From the NCBI RefSeq assembly GCF_009914755.1, contig NC_060944.1: a stretch of DNA of 64,000 nucleotides; one strand, 5' to 3'. The position numbers and the translations under genes were made by a program. The notes beneath the pieces are model-generated. The model ran no database searches. It saw only the letters and a program-made list of their open reading frames with translations, and had not been told where the DNA came from. Positions 50,148-64,000 of this stretch are shown here, piece by piece (positions within the stretch are counted from its first letter, which is position 1; each line of letters opens with the position of its first letter). Source of the DNA: the human T2T-CHM13v2.0 reference genome, Homo sapiens.

Positions 50148-50842
50148 ATGATCTAATTAAAACAAAAGATTGGCAGAGTGAGTTTAAAACATGACCCAAT
50201 TATATGTTGTCACAAGAAACTCACCTCAAATGTAACTAGATAGGCAGTAACAAACCAGGAGCAGAATTCTTGAAATTCCAGAAAGAAAACAAGAATATTG
50301 TGAATGGATAAAAATAGGGTAAACATAAACGATTTTACTAGTTTTCACCTCATGAGTTTCTTATATTATATGTGTTGGTTGAAACAAAAATAATAACATC
50401 ATGTGATGTGATTCTCAATGTATGAAAGCAACACTTAAGACAATTATATTGTAAAAGCGTGAAGGGGAAAGGGACCTAAGTAGCAGGAAGGCCTGGATGC
50501 TTCAGGCTAAGTGTTGAAACAGTGATAGCAGTATTTACAATAAACTGTGTATGTATATAGGCAGCCACTGAGCAAAATATACAAAGCAATATACTCTAAT
50601 ACATAAATAAATCAAAATGGAATTCTAAAAATCATTCAGAAACCCACAGGAAGGCAAGAAAAGAGAAACAGAGGAATAAGAAACAGAGGGCAAACAGAGA
50701 AAATAAATAATAAAATCTCAGTTCTTAGCTCTAACATATCCGTAATTACTTCAAATGTCAATGGTCTAACTGTACTGATTAAGAGAGAGAGTGGATTGAG
50801 AAATACAAGTCAGGTACATCTGCATACAAGAAACTCACTTCA

Positions 50843-51216
<374 letters not shown>

Positions 51217-53559
51217 TTAATAAAATGGAGTGTTTATATTAATATTAGATTAAATAGACTTTAGAGCAAAGACATTAGTAGGGTCAATAAGAGACATTAC
51301 ATAAGTATAAAAGGATCAATCCATAGAGAAGAATAGTGATCCTAAATGTGTATGCACCAACCAATGGAGCTTTGAAATACATGAAACAAAAACTGATAGA
51401 GCTGAAAGGAGAAATAGATAAATCCACAATTACAACTGGAGATGTCAGGACCTAAGATATCAGCATTTGACATTTTCTATCAGTAATTGACACATCTAGT
51501 AGACAGATCTAACAGGAAGGAAATCAGTAAGGATACAGTTAAACTGAACAATATCATAAATCAACTGGATCTAATTGACATGTATAGTTTACTTCATCCA
51601 ACAACAACAGAAATGTACATTCTTCCTAAGCTTACATGGGACATTCACCAAGGTAGATTGTCTCCTGGTTTATAAAGTAGAGTTTAACAAAGTTTAAAAA
51701 ATTGAAACCACAAAGAGAACACTCTCTTACCATAATGAAATAAACTAGAAATCAATAATAGAAAGACAACAGGAAAATCTTCAAATGTATGACTATTAAA
51801 CAGCTCAATTCTACATAACCCATGAGTAAAAGAAGAAGTCTCCAAGAAAATAAAAAAAAATACATAGAACTGAATGATAATGAAAATACGACATATCAAA
51901 ATGTGTGAGATGTAGTTAAAGTCATGCTGAGAAATAACTTTGGAGTACTAAGTGCCTACATTAGAAAAAAAGGAAAAAGCTCAAATCAATAATCCAAGTC
52001 CTACCTCAAGAAAGTAGGTAAAAAGAGTAAAGTAAACCCAAAGTGAGCAGAAAGAAGGAAATAATAAAGATAAGAACAGAAACGAATGAAGTTGAAAACA
52101 GAAAAGCAAAACATAAAATCAATGAAACAAAGAATAGGTTCTTTGAAAGGCTCAATATAATTGACATATGTTTGCAAGATTGACAAAGATAAAAAGAGAA
52201 ACAAATCATTAATCCCAGGAACAAAACAGAGGATATCACTACAGATTCTATGGTCATTAAAGGGATAAAAAGAAAATGCTATGAATAACTTTATACTCAT
52301 AAATTCTATAATTTGTAAGAAATTGACCAGCTTTTAAAAACCATAAGCTACCAAATCCAATCAAGATGAAACTAATTACCATAGTAACACTATAAGATCC
52401 TGAAAAAGAATCTCCAGGCCAAGATGGTTTCACTGGAGAATTTTAGCTAACATTTAAAAAGAACATTTTATACCAATGTTACAGTGTCTTCCAGAAAATA
52501 GAAGAGAGAACACTTCCCAGCTCATTTTATGAGGCCAATACTATTTTGATACCCAATCCAGATAAAAATAGAAATATAAAACTATATAAAAAGTAAAAAA
52601 TTGAAAACTATAAAAATAGAAAACTATAGACAAATATCTCTCACAAACTTAGATATAAAAATCTTCAAATACATTACAAAATTGAATTCAACAATGTATA
52701 GAAAACACTACATGACATGACCAAGGAGGATTAATGCCAAGTATGCAAGGCTAGTTTAATATTCAAAACATCAATCAATATAATCCACCGTATCCACAGG
52801 CTGAAGAAGAAAAATCTTTTTAATTGATGCAGAAGAAACACTTATTCATGATAAAAATGCTCAGCACACTAGAATTGGAGGGTAATGTTCTCAATCTCGT
52901 AAAAATCATCAATGAAAACCTAAACTTAACATCATGCTTCATGGTGAAAAACTGAATGTTTTGCCTCTACCACCAGGAATGAGGCATCAAGATAGATAAT
53001 ATCCTGCTTGGATAAAAAGAAAAATGTCCCTTTTCACCCCTTTTATTCAACATAGTACTAGAAGTTCTAGACAATACAATAAGGCAAGAAAAAGAAATAG
53101 AAGGTAAACAGAAGAAATGCAGCAGTCTCTATTTGAAGATGACATCATTGCCTACAAAGAAAATCCCAAAGAATCTACCAAAACAAGGAACCCTCCTAGA
53201 ATAATTTAGTGAGTTCAGCAAGATTGTGTGATACAAGATGAATATACAAAATCAATTGCATTTATATATCCTAATAATAAACAAATAGAACCTGAAATTT
53301 AAAGTGCAATACCACATACAGTTGCTCCAAAGAAAACGAAATACTTAGGTGTAAAATCAGCAAAACATGGAAAAGATTTATATGCTGAAAATTATAAAAT
53401 CTTGATGAAAGAAATTAAAGAACTAAACAACTGGAACAACTTTGTTTATGGACTGGGAGACAACATAGTGAAAATGCCAATTCTCTCCCTAATTCATTGA
53501 TGTTTAATGCAATTTCTGTTAAAATCCCAAATGGCTTTTTGGAGACATAAACAAGCCAA

Positions 53560-54213
53560 TGGGCTTCTCACTCTATCTCTGCTGGTGCCACAGGGGAAGG
53601 AAGCTCCTACCTGGCCTTCTTTTGCTGCTGGGTAGAGAAACAGATGTTGAGAGGTCCCAGTAGGTGACTGCCATGAGTTGAGGGTGGAGACTCAAAGCCT
53701 GGTTCACCTTCTTCTGCTGGGTGGAAGCCTCAGGGACACCAGGTCTAAGTTACCCTCTGCCATTAGATGGAGGGGCTGGAGACTCCAGGTTTTCTGGTAC
53801 CACAAAGAAGGGATGCATGTGTCCAGTGAGCATGGGGTGTGGGACAGGCCAACTAAGCCCTGGAAGCTTTGCTGGAGCCACTGCTGCTGCTATGTGTGGG
53901 CTCCATGACACTGCCCCCTTCCAGCTGTTGCATTTGGTTTTGAGTTCATGTATCCCTATTTGTGGTTCCAGATTGCCGGCCTCTCCAGTGCCTAGTGTAG
54001 GGTGTATGGGAAGTTACAACAACAACAACAACAAGACAAGTAACTCAACTTAGGTGTCATTATCAAAGTCCTAAGGTTCTTAGCCAGTGCATCTTCTTCA
54101 TTCCGTCTTTCAGAGCGCTTTATGCTTGTCTGTTAAATTATTTCTAGGGCATTTAGTTGTATTATGAGGGGAAGAGTAGGGAAAAGTGAACCTGTACTAT
54201 CTTGTTCCATAAC
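53560..54213 (-). mobile_element. Antisense old L1 5' UTR-like segment
   Basis: GC-richer block ending TTTAGTTGTATTATGAGGGGAAGAGTAGGGAAAAGTG..CTATCTTG, resembling the reverse complement of L1MC/MD 5' ends. Confidence 0.5.
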
Positions 54214-55049
54214 TATAGGACGGTTTCATTTAAAGCTAAAAATAGACTTACCATAGATCCAGAAATTGCACTTATAGGCCTTTATTCCACAGAAATAAAA
54301 CATATGTTCATGTAAAAGCTTCTACAGAAAATTTCACAGCAACTTTATTCATAATGGCCCCACACTGGAAACTATACCAATGTCCTTCAATGGGTGAATG
54401 ATTAAACAAACCCTGGAACATCCATAATGTGGAATATGTCAGCAATAAAAAGGAGAAATTATTGCTGCACACAGCAACCAAAATGAACATCAAGGGAATG
54501 ATGCTTACTAGAAGAATAAGCCAACACCAAAATGTTACATGCTGTATGATTCCCTTTATATAACATTTTTGAAATTTAAAAAATTCTAGAGATGGAGATC
54601 AGTTAGAGGTTGCAGGGGGTTAGGGACTGGCTAGTGTGGTCCTAGAGGGAGGCAGAGGGACCCTTGAAGTGACGGGACAGTTCTGTAGCTTGACTATGGT
54701 GGTGGTTACTCAAAACCGCATATGTGATAAAATTGCATAACTGGTGAAATCTACATAAGCTCTGTGGATTGCACCTATGTCAATTTCCAGCTTGTCATAT
54801 TGTACTTTAGTGATGCAAGATGTGATGATTGGGGGAGGCTGGGTGAAGGGTACATAGGACCTCCTTAAACAGTTCCTTGCCACTCTCTGTGGATCTAAGT
54901 TATTTCACAGTAAAAAAAAAAATTTAAAAAGCCAAAACAAAACAATATTGCTAATTTCCAACCACAAAATATTCCTTTTAAACTACCCCTGGCCCCATCT
55001 TCTCTCTCTGTCTCTGTTTCTCCATCTCTCTCTTTTCAGGCCACTGTGA

Positions 55050-55367
<318 letters not shown>

Positions 55368-58300
55368 CAACCTGGATCTTTCTATCTGAGGTTCTGGGAG
55401 GGCTGGCAGAAAGTGGAAAAGGGGATAACTTTTTAGTGCCTGATTTGGTGGTATTTCATGTGAACTACCTTAATCATGGAGCCGATTCTCTAATCCTTCT
55501 GTTTATCAGTGGCCCCTGCCCCATCCTTTGGGAAACGTTCCAGGATGTTTGGCACTTAACACTGGGTACAAACTCCCCACCCAACAGCAGCCGTTCCTGG
55601 TGCCTTCAAACAAAAGGACATGGAATGGGGTAATATTATTTGGATAATTTTCAAAAATGCCCTACAAACGATAAGTGGATCAACAGATAGATTCCAAGCA
55701 TCATGGGTATCCCTTTGGGGTGGCAATTGCAGCTGCGCATTAACCAGGTCCTTGGGATGATGGTTGAATGTGAGTTGTATCCTGGGCAGATAGACTCACA
55801 GATGTGCACACAAATGCACACACACAGGACACACATATGGACGCTTTGTGCTCCTCCAAGCTGGGCATTTTACAGTCAATTCATGGATCAGTCAATACAT
55901 TTGGAAACTTAGTAGGTTATTAGAGTTTCAGAAAAAGTCTCAAGTTCAAATAAAATGTGTGTATGTGTTTGTGTGTGCATCTACTCACAGTCTTATCCAC
56001 CCAAATCTCAGGTGCAGCAGTGGTGCCAACATCATGACTTTATGTACATAAACTTGGCCAGGGAAGGAAGGGACCTTAATGTGCAAATGTCCCACGTGCC
56101 ATCGGTCAAGCCCACCACCTTCACCTTTCAAGTTTCTTATTAGAACTCTAGACTACACGCCTGACAGGCTGTCAGGTTGAGTTTCCTCTTCTGTATGACA
56201 TGGGACAAGCAAAGTGGGGAGAACATCTTCTACAGGGTGAAATGTCTTCATACTGTCTTCCTCACCCCCTTTGCCACTTAATGATTAGCTTTAATCTAAC
56301 TAGAACCTTTTGGGGTTTCTGTAATGGGAGGCAGAGGTGCAGTAAGAAATCCCCTTTACTACCCAGTGAAATACAGGGGCGTCTCCAAGGGAAGCCCGTC
56401 TCACCTGCTTCCTGTCTCCCGCCGAGAACCTGCTCCAGCACAGCCTCCCAGTCTCTGCCCCAAAGGTGAGGGTGGGCCCTGTGGGAAAGAGACAGGGGAC
56501 AGATGGAGGGGCAAGAGGGCAGGGGTCCCAACCTGCACAGAGGAGCAAACCTGCACCAGATTGAAACGTAAGCTGAATGTAATTACTTGGTTAATTAAAT
56601 ACTGACTTTTAACTCAAAAAGTGATTAAAACAAGCTGCAGAAAGACTGTCCAGAAGCGGGGCAGGGAATGAATCAAAGCTTTCAAGAAGAGGGAGGAGGA
56701 AGAGAGGGTCGTCACAGGCAGGTCTGGCTTGCTCTTCCTACTGTGTACTGGGCCTACTGCATGCAGGGGGTGTGGTCTTTGGTCTCTGAGCAGGTGAGGA
56801 ATTTTGGACTGAGGCCAACATGCAAAGTAGGATTTCAGACTTCTTATATCTTTCCACTTCAGACCCCATCTCTTTTCCCAGTTGTCTGAGAGTACCAGGA
56901 GCTGCTGGTGCCTAGGAACCGGGTCCTGTTCATCCACGTTTCCTTGGAACAGAATGCAGTACCCGGCACGAGGAGGTGCTCCAGAAATGCTTGCAGAACA
57001 AATGAACAAATGACTACACAGTAGTATTATGCACATGTGTGTTCCGATGAGCACGTGTGCGCGTGTGTGTGTGTTCACTGTAGGCAGGAGCTGTGGGTCA
57101 TGTGTTGTAGGCTGGTCTTAACTCACCAGCTCAGACACCCATGATGTCAGAGGATCTGTAAAACTCCCTGAGCCGTGTTTCCTCCCCATAATTCCCAGCA
57201 AACTCCCTGGTCCTCTGTATTCAAGGCCTCAGCCTGTTTTCCAGGTCCTTCTAGGCAGCTGGGGATGGCTGGCCCCATTCCAGAGCTCGGTGTCTGCCTG
57301 GGAGACTTAGGACCTTTAGAGCCGCAGATGTCCCCAGCCTGGGAAGTCACTCAGCCATGACTCAGCCGGGCCTGGATGGGGCTCAGCAGAATCCTCAGGA
57401 CCCCCACGGCCTCCCAATGCTCCAGTCCCTGCCACCTCCACCCACAGCCTTTCTCCTCCCGTGTCCTTCGTCACCCATGACATCATCTTGTGCGATCATC
57501 CTGGCTGCACAATCAAGCCTTTCAAGCTCCTCACGCCACCCCAACTCTCTCCTTATTGTTGATTTAACCTCAAGGGGACCATTCTCTTGATGCTTCCACA
57601 CCTCGCTTCTTCAGCCTGCAAATTCCTTGGCAGCCCTTTTGTGCAGAACACCCCCTGGTTCCATCTACCTTGCAAAGCTGGAGTTGCTGTTTTATTTCCT
57701 TGACTTATAGGCAACAACAAAAAAAAAAAAAAAAGGAAAAAAATCACTCAGTGTGTATTTTTTAATCTCCATCAAGAGACTATAATACAACCTGTACCAT
57801 TTTTGTCTGAGCACTTTCTGGCTGAGTTTGGGTTGTAGCAGATGGGATTTTATGAAGGTTGTAAAAGTCAAGCTCTCAGCATGTCAAACAAATCAGTGTG
57901 TGAAGGAGAAACATTAAAAGTAGGAAAAATGGCTGTGGCCTGGGATGCATTCGGAGGCTTTGGAAAATAAGCCCACAGACCTGGAGCACAGGTGGCCCCG
58001 AAATTTGGCTGAAAATTGCCTTTCAAGAGCAAAAGTTGCTGCAGTCACCCTCAAAGGATCATGATCTAAATTCTCTACTCCTGAGTGGGGACCGTGGTGC
58101 TCTGGGTTTAAAAATACAAATTCCAGCATCAACTATAACTATATAGTCTTATGGTTAATTCTGCTTGAGTTTTCACCTAGGCATAAGCTGTCTTGTATGT
58201 AGAACTGCAATCGCATTAGGAGAAAGGGATCTGTGTATGAGTCTTGAGAAATTATGGTAATAAAAAATGGCAGCATAACCACCATTAAGTCAGAAGAAAG

Positions 58301-58881
58301 ATAATTACTTCTCATGCTGCCTCCCTGGGTGAACACACTGACACGGAGATGAATTCGCTTCAGCAAAACAGGACTAATCTCTGCAGCACGGTATCTATTC
58401 CATTACCCCCTGCTTAATTACATGTGATTGTAGCGTCTAATTTATACTGATACCCAATGCCCAATAGAGCACCTTCATGAAGAGTGGGTTAGTTGGGAGG
58501 TGGGAAATTTATAAACTGGTTTAATTGCAGTCATCTTTGAGCTGTTTTATGTGTGACCTCAGGGAGTGATGGTGGTTACTCTAAATTCTCACTAATGAAA
58601 GACAAGAGGGTTATGGCCAGTTAATACACGGTTCTGAGAACACAGATAAAGGTGACAATTTGTCTGTTTGCTCTATAATTCACTAATAGTTATTTTCTGG
58701 ATAAGTGGGCAGGGAAGATTGAACATGGGGATTTCACTGTGTGATGCAACAGAAGCATACAAGCAGCATTAGTATACACGTAAGTGAATATTAAAATGAC
58801 TAAGGTGCCTCCAGGAAGCACAGCTATAGATCTCTATGGACAAGGTAAAGTACACGGATTTTTGGTGGACGAGAGTTTTCT

Positions 58882-59190
58882 TATTTATTATTATTATATG
58901 TATATATTTTGAGACAGAGTCTTGCCCTGTAGCCCAGGCTGGCATGCAGCAGCGTGATCATGGCTCGCTGCAGGCTTAACCTCCTGGGCTCAAGTGATCC
59001 TCTCACTTTAGCCTCCCGAGTAGCTGGGACTACAGACATGCACCACCACACCCAACTAATTTTGTATGTTTTGTAGAGACAGGGTCCCACTATGTTGTCC
59101 AGGCTGCTCTCAAACTCCTGGGCTCAAGTGATCTGCCCACCTCAGTCCCCCAAAGTGCTAAGATTACAGGTGTGAGCCAAGCACCTGGCC
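58882..59190 (-). mobile_element. AluJ
   Basis: CTCCTGGGCTCAAGTGATCC in both arms; TSD (G/A)AGAGTTT(T/C)CT. Confidence 0.93.
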
Positions 59191-59329
59191 AAGAGTTTCC
59201 TAAAGGGGAAAGGCAGGATCCATCCTCCCATATGTGCAATTCCATTTAGGGCTCTTTTTGGGACAGCACACCTGGTTTTACAACTCCTTTCTAGAAAGTT
59301 CACTTACGAGCTGATTAATGGCAGTAATG

Positions 59330-59525
59330 ATTTAGTGTAAGCAGAGCGCAGTAGCCCTAGGGCTGAGGTTCTAACCTGGGCTCTGTTCCCACTGGCTGCT
59401 AAATCCTTGGCTGACCTCCCCAGGCTTCCATTTCCGCATCTTGAGAGTAGTGATGATATCAGCGACACTGCAGGGACATTGTGTTGGATTGAGTGAGATG
59501 AAGGAGAGTATAAATGCACAGCACA
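59330..59525 (+). mobile_element. MIR, diverged
   Basis: CCTTGGCTGACC..CCAGGCTTCCATTTCCGCATCTTGAGAGT. Confidence 0.5.
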
Positions 59526-60284
59526 GACCGGTTCTGAGCCTCCCATTTCAGAGCAGGAAGCCGGGCCTCCCCCTCGAGGATGCACTGAGAGAGGCCACTG
59601 TGAGATCTGGCAGAGGGTGTCTTGATGTCAGGTGATCAGAACACATGGCAGCCTTGGACATCTCTGATACGACTCCTGCTCATGGAGTCATTCATTTGAC
59701 AGATGTTATTAAGTTAAGTACCAGATCATAGCAACCACAGGAGTTATAAAGAGGACATGTCACCTGCTTCAGGGGAACTTAGAGCCTAGGAGGTGAAACA
59801 GATGTAACAAGTGAACATGACAAAGTTTGCAGCAGGAGCTGCTGGTTGCTTACCTCTTCTTTGCTAATAAAAATGGGATCTGTTTGGGCAGCAACAGGTC
59901 CAGTTCAAGGGGAGAGAACAACCCTGTCAATCATGACAATCCCACAGGTGGGCACTTGAGCACTGCTGGCCAAGGAGCTGGAAGGGCCAGTCAGCTGGAG
60001 GCTTCTGGGAATATTTTTGTCCTTGCTAAAATGGGAGAAAAGTATTCTGATTTCTTTTCAGAGTTATTGAAAGCTGGAAAGAGCATAGCTCCCAACCCTC
60101 CAAAGGAAAAAATCAGACAAGCAACAAGTGCATGCCTTTTCCAGAGCCCAACAAAATCCTGAGGTTGCAGAGCAAACAACAGTCCCCAAATTTACAGAGA
60201 GAGAGAGAGGCACTTGTGGGGAGAGAAGAGCCTGGCTTATGTGGGCAAGATGTAGCTAGAAACAGTAAGAACAGTCCAGCAAAG

Positions 60285-60495
60285 GTGATGGTTCCCAACA
60301 GGGGCCAATTTTTTTCCCTAAGGGGTAGCTGGGAGTATCTGAAGAAAGTTTTGATTGTTACAACTGGGTTAAGAGTGTTACTGGCATCCAGTGGGCCAGG
60401 GACACTGCTAAACATTCTGCAGTGCACAGGATAGCCCCTACGACAAAGAATTATCTGGCCCAAAATGTCCACGATGTTAAGGCTGAGAAACCTTG
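60285..60495 (-). mobile_element. MER20 hAT-Charlie element
   Basis: TACTGGCATCCAGTGGG..ACAAAGAATTATCTGGCCCAAAATGTC..GAGAAACCTTG. Confidence 0.85.
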
Positions 60496-60499
60496 AGCT

Positions 60500-61010
60500 A
60501 AGTCAACATTGTCTCTAGCCTGGACAACTACAATACACTAACAGGTCCCCCAGGTCTGCCCTTGCTCCCTACCATCCATTCCCCACATGGCCGCCAGTTG
60601 GCTTCCATGTAAAAGAAACCAGATCGTGCCACTCGTCTATATAAAATCCTCCAATGGCTCACATCTTGAGACTTCACCATGGCTTCACAGCGTGCAGCAT
60701 CTGTTCCCTCCATGGCCTTCTGATTTGATAACATGCTACCCCCTTCTGTCACTTCGATCCAGCCATATAGTCTCTCTGCATCCCTGGAAGACACCAAGAA
60801 CACTCCCATCTCAGAGCCTTTGTACTTGCTCTCCCTGCCCGGGATGCTCTTTGCCCTTCCAATGCTCATGGCCACATCTCACTCCCATCTCTGCTCCAAC
60901 ATCTCATTTGCAAAGAGAAAAGAAAGAGCCCACCCACAGTCCCACACTAGGATAGTGCTTGGCACAAAATAGGTGCTCAAATAAATATTTGTTGAAGGAA
61001 TCAATAAATA
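60500..61010 (+). mobile_element. L2 LINE to its 3' end
   Basis: TGGCACAAAATAGGTGCTCAAATAAATATTTGTTGAAGGAAT. Confidence 0.8.
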
Positions 61011-61244
61011 AAATGAAGACCTGCCCCCTTGAACTTTCGGTTAACTCACCCCAGCCTCAAATTGAAATCAAAGAAGTTATTAGAAACCTGGATGAGAGCA
61101 GAAAAGGGAACTGAGGGAGTGAGTCTGGGACTGGGTGTTGGAGCTCTGGGTTCACATCTGGTTGGGTCAGCAGCTTTCAGATGTGTCCCTGGATAGGTAT
61201 TTTCCTACTCTAAGTCTCAGATTATTTGTAAAATGGGCAAAGAA

Positions 61245-62240
61245 GCCATTCATTCAGTCATGTCTTCATTCAATAAAAATTTATTGAGCAACTGCTGAGC
61301 CAAGCACTGATGTAGGTGATGGGGATCCACTAGGAAACAAGACAGTTCCTTCTGGAATGAATGACCACACATTTATCAGCTTTAAACAACACACGTACAT
61401 GTGACAAACTCCATAGTTCTGTAGGTCAGAAGTTCAACACAGCATGGCTAGATACGCTTCTCAGAATCTCATTGGCCCAAAATCAAGGTGTCAGCTAGAG
61501 ATACGGTTCTCACCTGGAGCTCGGAGTCCTCTTCCAAGCTTCTGGTATTAGTAGAATTCGTTTCCTTCTCACTTTCCACATGGCCCAAACAGAAGGCACA
61601 TTGAATCCTTCCAGAGCTTCAAATCTCTCTGACTTTTTGGCCATTCTTTTCTGTTATTCAAGGCTAATGAGATTCCATTGTATCCTCCGAAATAACTCAG
61701 GTTAATCTTATTATATTCCCAGGTTCCAGAAATTAGAGCATGGACATCTTTTAGGGGCCGTTCTCCTAATTTACACGTGGATGCATGTGGAGCCAGCATT
61801 CCAGGCAGAGGAAACAGCAGAGGCAAAGGCCATAAAATACTAATGGGCTTGATTTGTTCAAGGAGCCTCAAGCAACCAACATGGCTGGGCAGCAGAGCAT
61901 GGAAGAGGGAAACAGGTGAGGAGGCCAGGGAGGTGGTGACTTCTAGGCCATGTGGTGCTTGGTAGACAGCAGGAACCAGAATGGGTTTTGTTCTAAGTAC
62001 TTACGGAACTCATGGGAGCATTTTAAGCCAGATTGTAAAAATACCAAACCAATGTTTTTTAAGAAGATAACTTTGACTTCTGTATGGCAAAAAGTAAATG
62101 TGGAAGCAGGAAGACCAGTTTGGAGGACATGGCCATGGGGACAATGGCTTGGACTAGGACGTGGGGGTGGAAGTCATGAGAAGTGGTTGGGTTCTGGATC
62201 TCTTTAAATGATTTTTTTAAGCTGAATTTTCTGATGGAGT
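61245..62240 (-). mobile_element. L2 LINE split by MLT1
   Basis: CATTCAATAAAAATTTATTGAGCA..; resumes AGCATTCCAGGCAGAGGAAACAGC. Confidence 0.75.
61345..61775 (-). mobile_element. MaLR LTR, MLT1E-like
   Basis: AGTTCTGTAGGTCAGAAGT..AAATCAAGGTGTCAGC..ATGGACATCTTT. Confidence 0.65.
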
Positions 62241-62880
62241 AAAAGATTTGTCAATTTCCTTCTAGCTGACAGCAGAAGGGGTGGCTTTGATCGGCTTTCA
62301 TCTCCCTCTCCAGGCCTCCCCATATCGCTCCACCTGGAATAAAAATAAAAGCTAAGAAAAACCCATCTATCGGCACAAGCACAGCATCCAGACTAGTCAC
62401 CTTGGCTTGTCACAGCCCTCGCCACACTGAGACATAGACATAGACATTGATAGATAAAAACTTGATTTTATAAAAATCAAAAGGCAGTAATAATGAGGAC
62501 ATTCAGAAAATGGAGAACCATTTAGCTGGAATCTGAAATAGTATAATACAGCAGCAGCAGTTACCATCCTTTGAGTACAAAGTGTGAGAATGCTGCTTGA
62601 AGTTGGAGATTGGAGGCTTTGGGGAGCAGTTTCTTTACTTCGCTGACATCCTGGACATCACACATGGGCCTTACAAAGTTCACACACAAGCCTCTGCAGC
62701 CTCCGTCTGCTTGTTCTGAGATCAAACTGGGCGGCCTTCGGCTCTGGCTTTGATTAGCTATGCACAGCCTGACTGCCTGAAACTCATGCAATAGAGATGA
62801 ATGGAAAATGAGGCTTGTAATTATTTTCAAAAGACGTGCAGCCTGACTTCAGCCCATGAAGACTTCCAGGCCCCTGGAAA

Positions 62881-63030
62881 AGCCTGGCTCTGTGGACATG
62901 CAAGCTGTGCAGTCTCATGGTGCCTCCGTTTAGAAGGGCCCCATGTTAGGTTTAATGCTTGGCTCTCTTGAAATTCTCAATAAGTTTTGAATGAGGGGCC
63001 CCATGTTTTCATTTTGTGCTTGGTTCTGCT
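62881..63030 (+). mobile_element. MER91A-like hAT-Tip100 element
   Basis: AGAAGGGCCCCATG..GGTTTAATGC..CTTGAAATTCT..GGGGCCCCATGTTTTCATTTTG. Confidence 0.75.
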
Positions 63031-63575
63031 TTGAAACTGCCTAGAAACCATCTTTCCCATTTTCATTCCAGTTGCTCAAACCCCTTTCTCAAACCTTTCA
63101 GAGAGGAAGGTAGCACAGGGGATATTCCTGGGACTGTGGTGTGGAGGGGTGTAGGTTGGTTACAGCAGCTCCTGGATGGTTGATGATGAGGATGCTGCAG
63201 ATATGAGCAGGGCGTTAGCTGAGTGAGACTTCAGGATAAACCAACCTGGAGGTCCATCTTCCAAGGATGGAGGTATCATTTTACCCGAGTATGGATAATC
63301 TGGGGCAAAGAGCAGAAATGTCCCTAGCCCCAAACCTATCAACAGAGTAGCAAGGGCCCAGTGATAACCTCATCAAACCCATCTTGAAGTGGGATGGGCA
63401 GGGCCAAGAAATAAAAGAGGAAGAAACTAACCAGGAGCCTCGGCCACACTCCAGGCTTGTTCTGTGTCCAGCCGGGCTCACTGCAACTTGGTTTTCAGGG
63501 TATGAGCTGAGCGGCAGTACAACCTGTGTTGTTTAGCAACACAGTACCTTCCCCGTTTACTGCTGTAAGGTGTTA

Positions 63576-63958
<383 letters not shown>

Positions 63959-64000
63959 ACAAAGCAAAGAGATGCCATTGCTCTTGCTGCTTCGTCCCCA

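Overview
Primate genomic DNA, almost certainly human or another catarrhine, since it carries AluY, AluS, AluJ, THE1B and MSTA elements. It is non-coding: intergenic or deep intronic. I find no credible protein-coding gene, RNA gene, CpG island or CRISPR array. The ORF track is explained by Alus, microsatellites and chance ORFs in GC-rich DNA. A large part of the window is interspersed repeat: about 19 Alus, many L2/MIR relics, MaLR/ERV1/ERVL solo LTRs (many with readable target-site duplications, TSDs), hAT DNA-transposon relics and a decayed ~5.5 kb L1MD-type block. The most notable items are: (1) an 8 x 37 bp minisatellite carrying repeated NF-kB-like/NFAT and RBFOX (TGCATG) motifs; (2) a dense AP-1/TEAD/RUNX motif cluster at ~35 kb; (3) several repeat-free, homeodomain-motif-rich islands that look like developmental enhancers; (4) a CTCF-like site overlapping a perfect palindrome; (5) a sense THE1B LTR followed by strong splice donors; (6) 3- and 4-level nested transposon insertions and close inverted Alu pairs. 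I see no evidence for a wholly new biological system; the regulatory ideas are motif-based hypotheses. Repeat family names come from recalled consensus similarity, not from a search, and the boundaries of old repeats (L2, MIR, MLT1K) are approximate.
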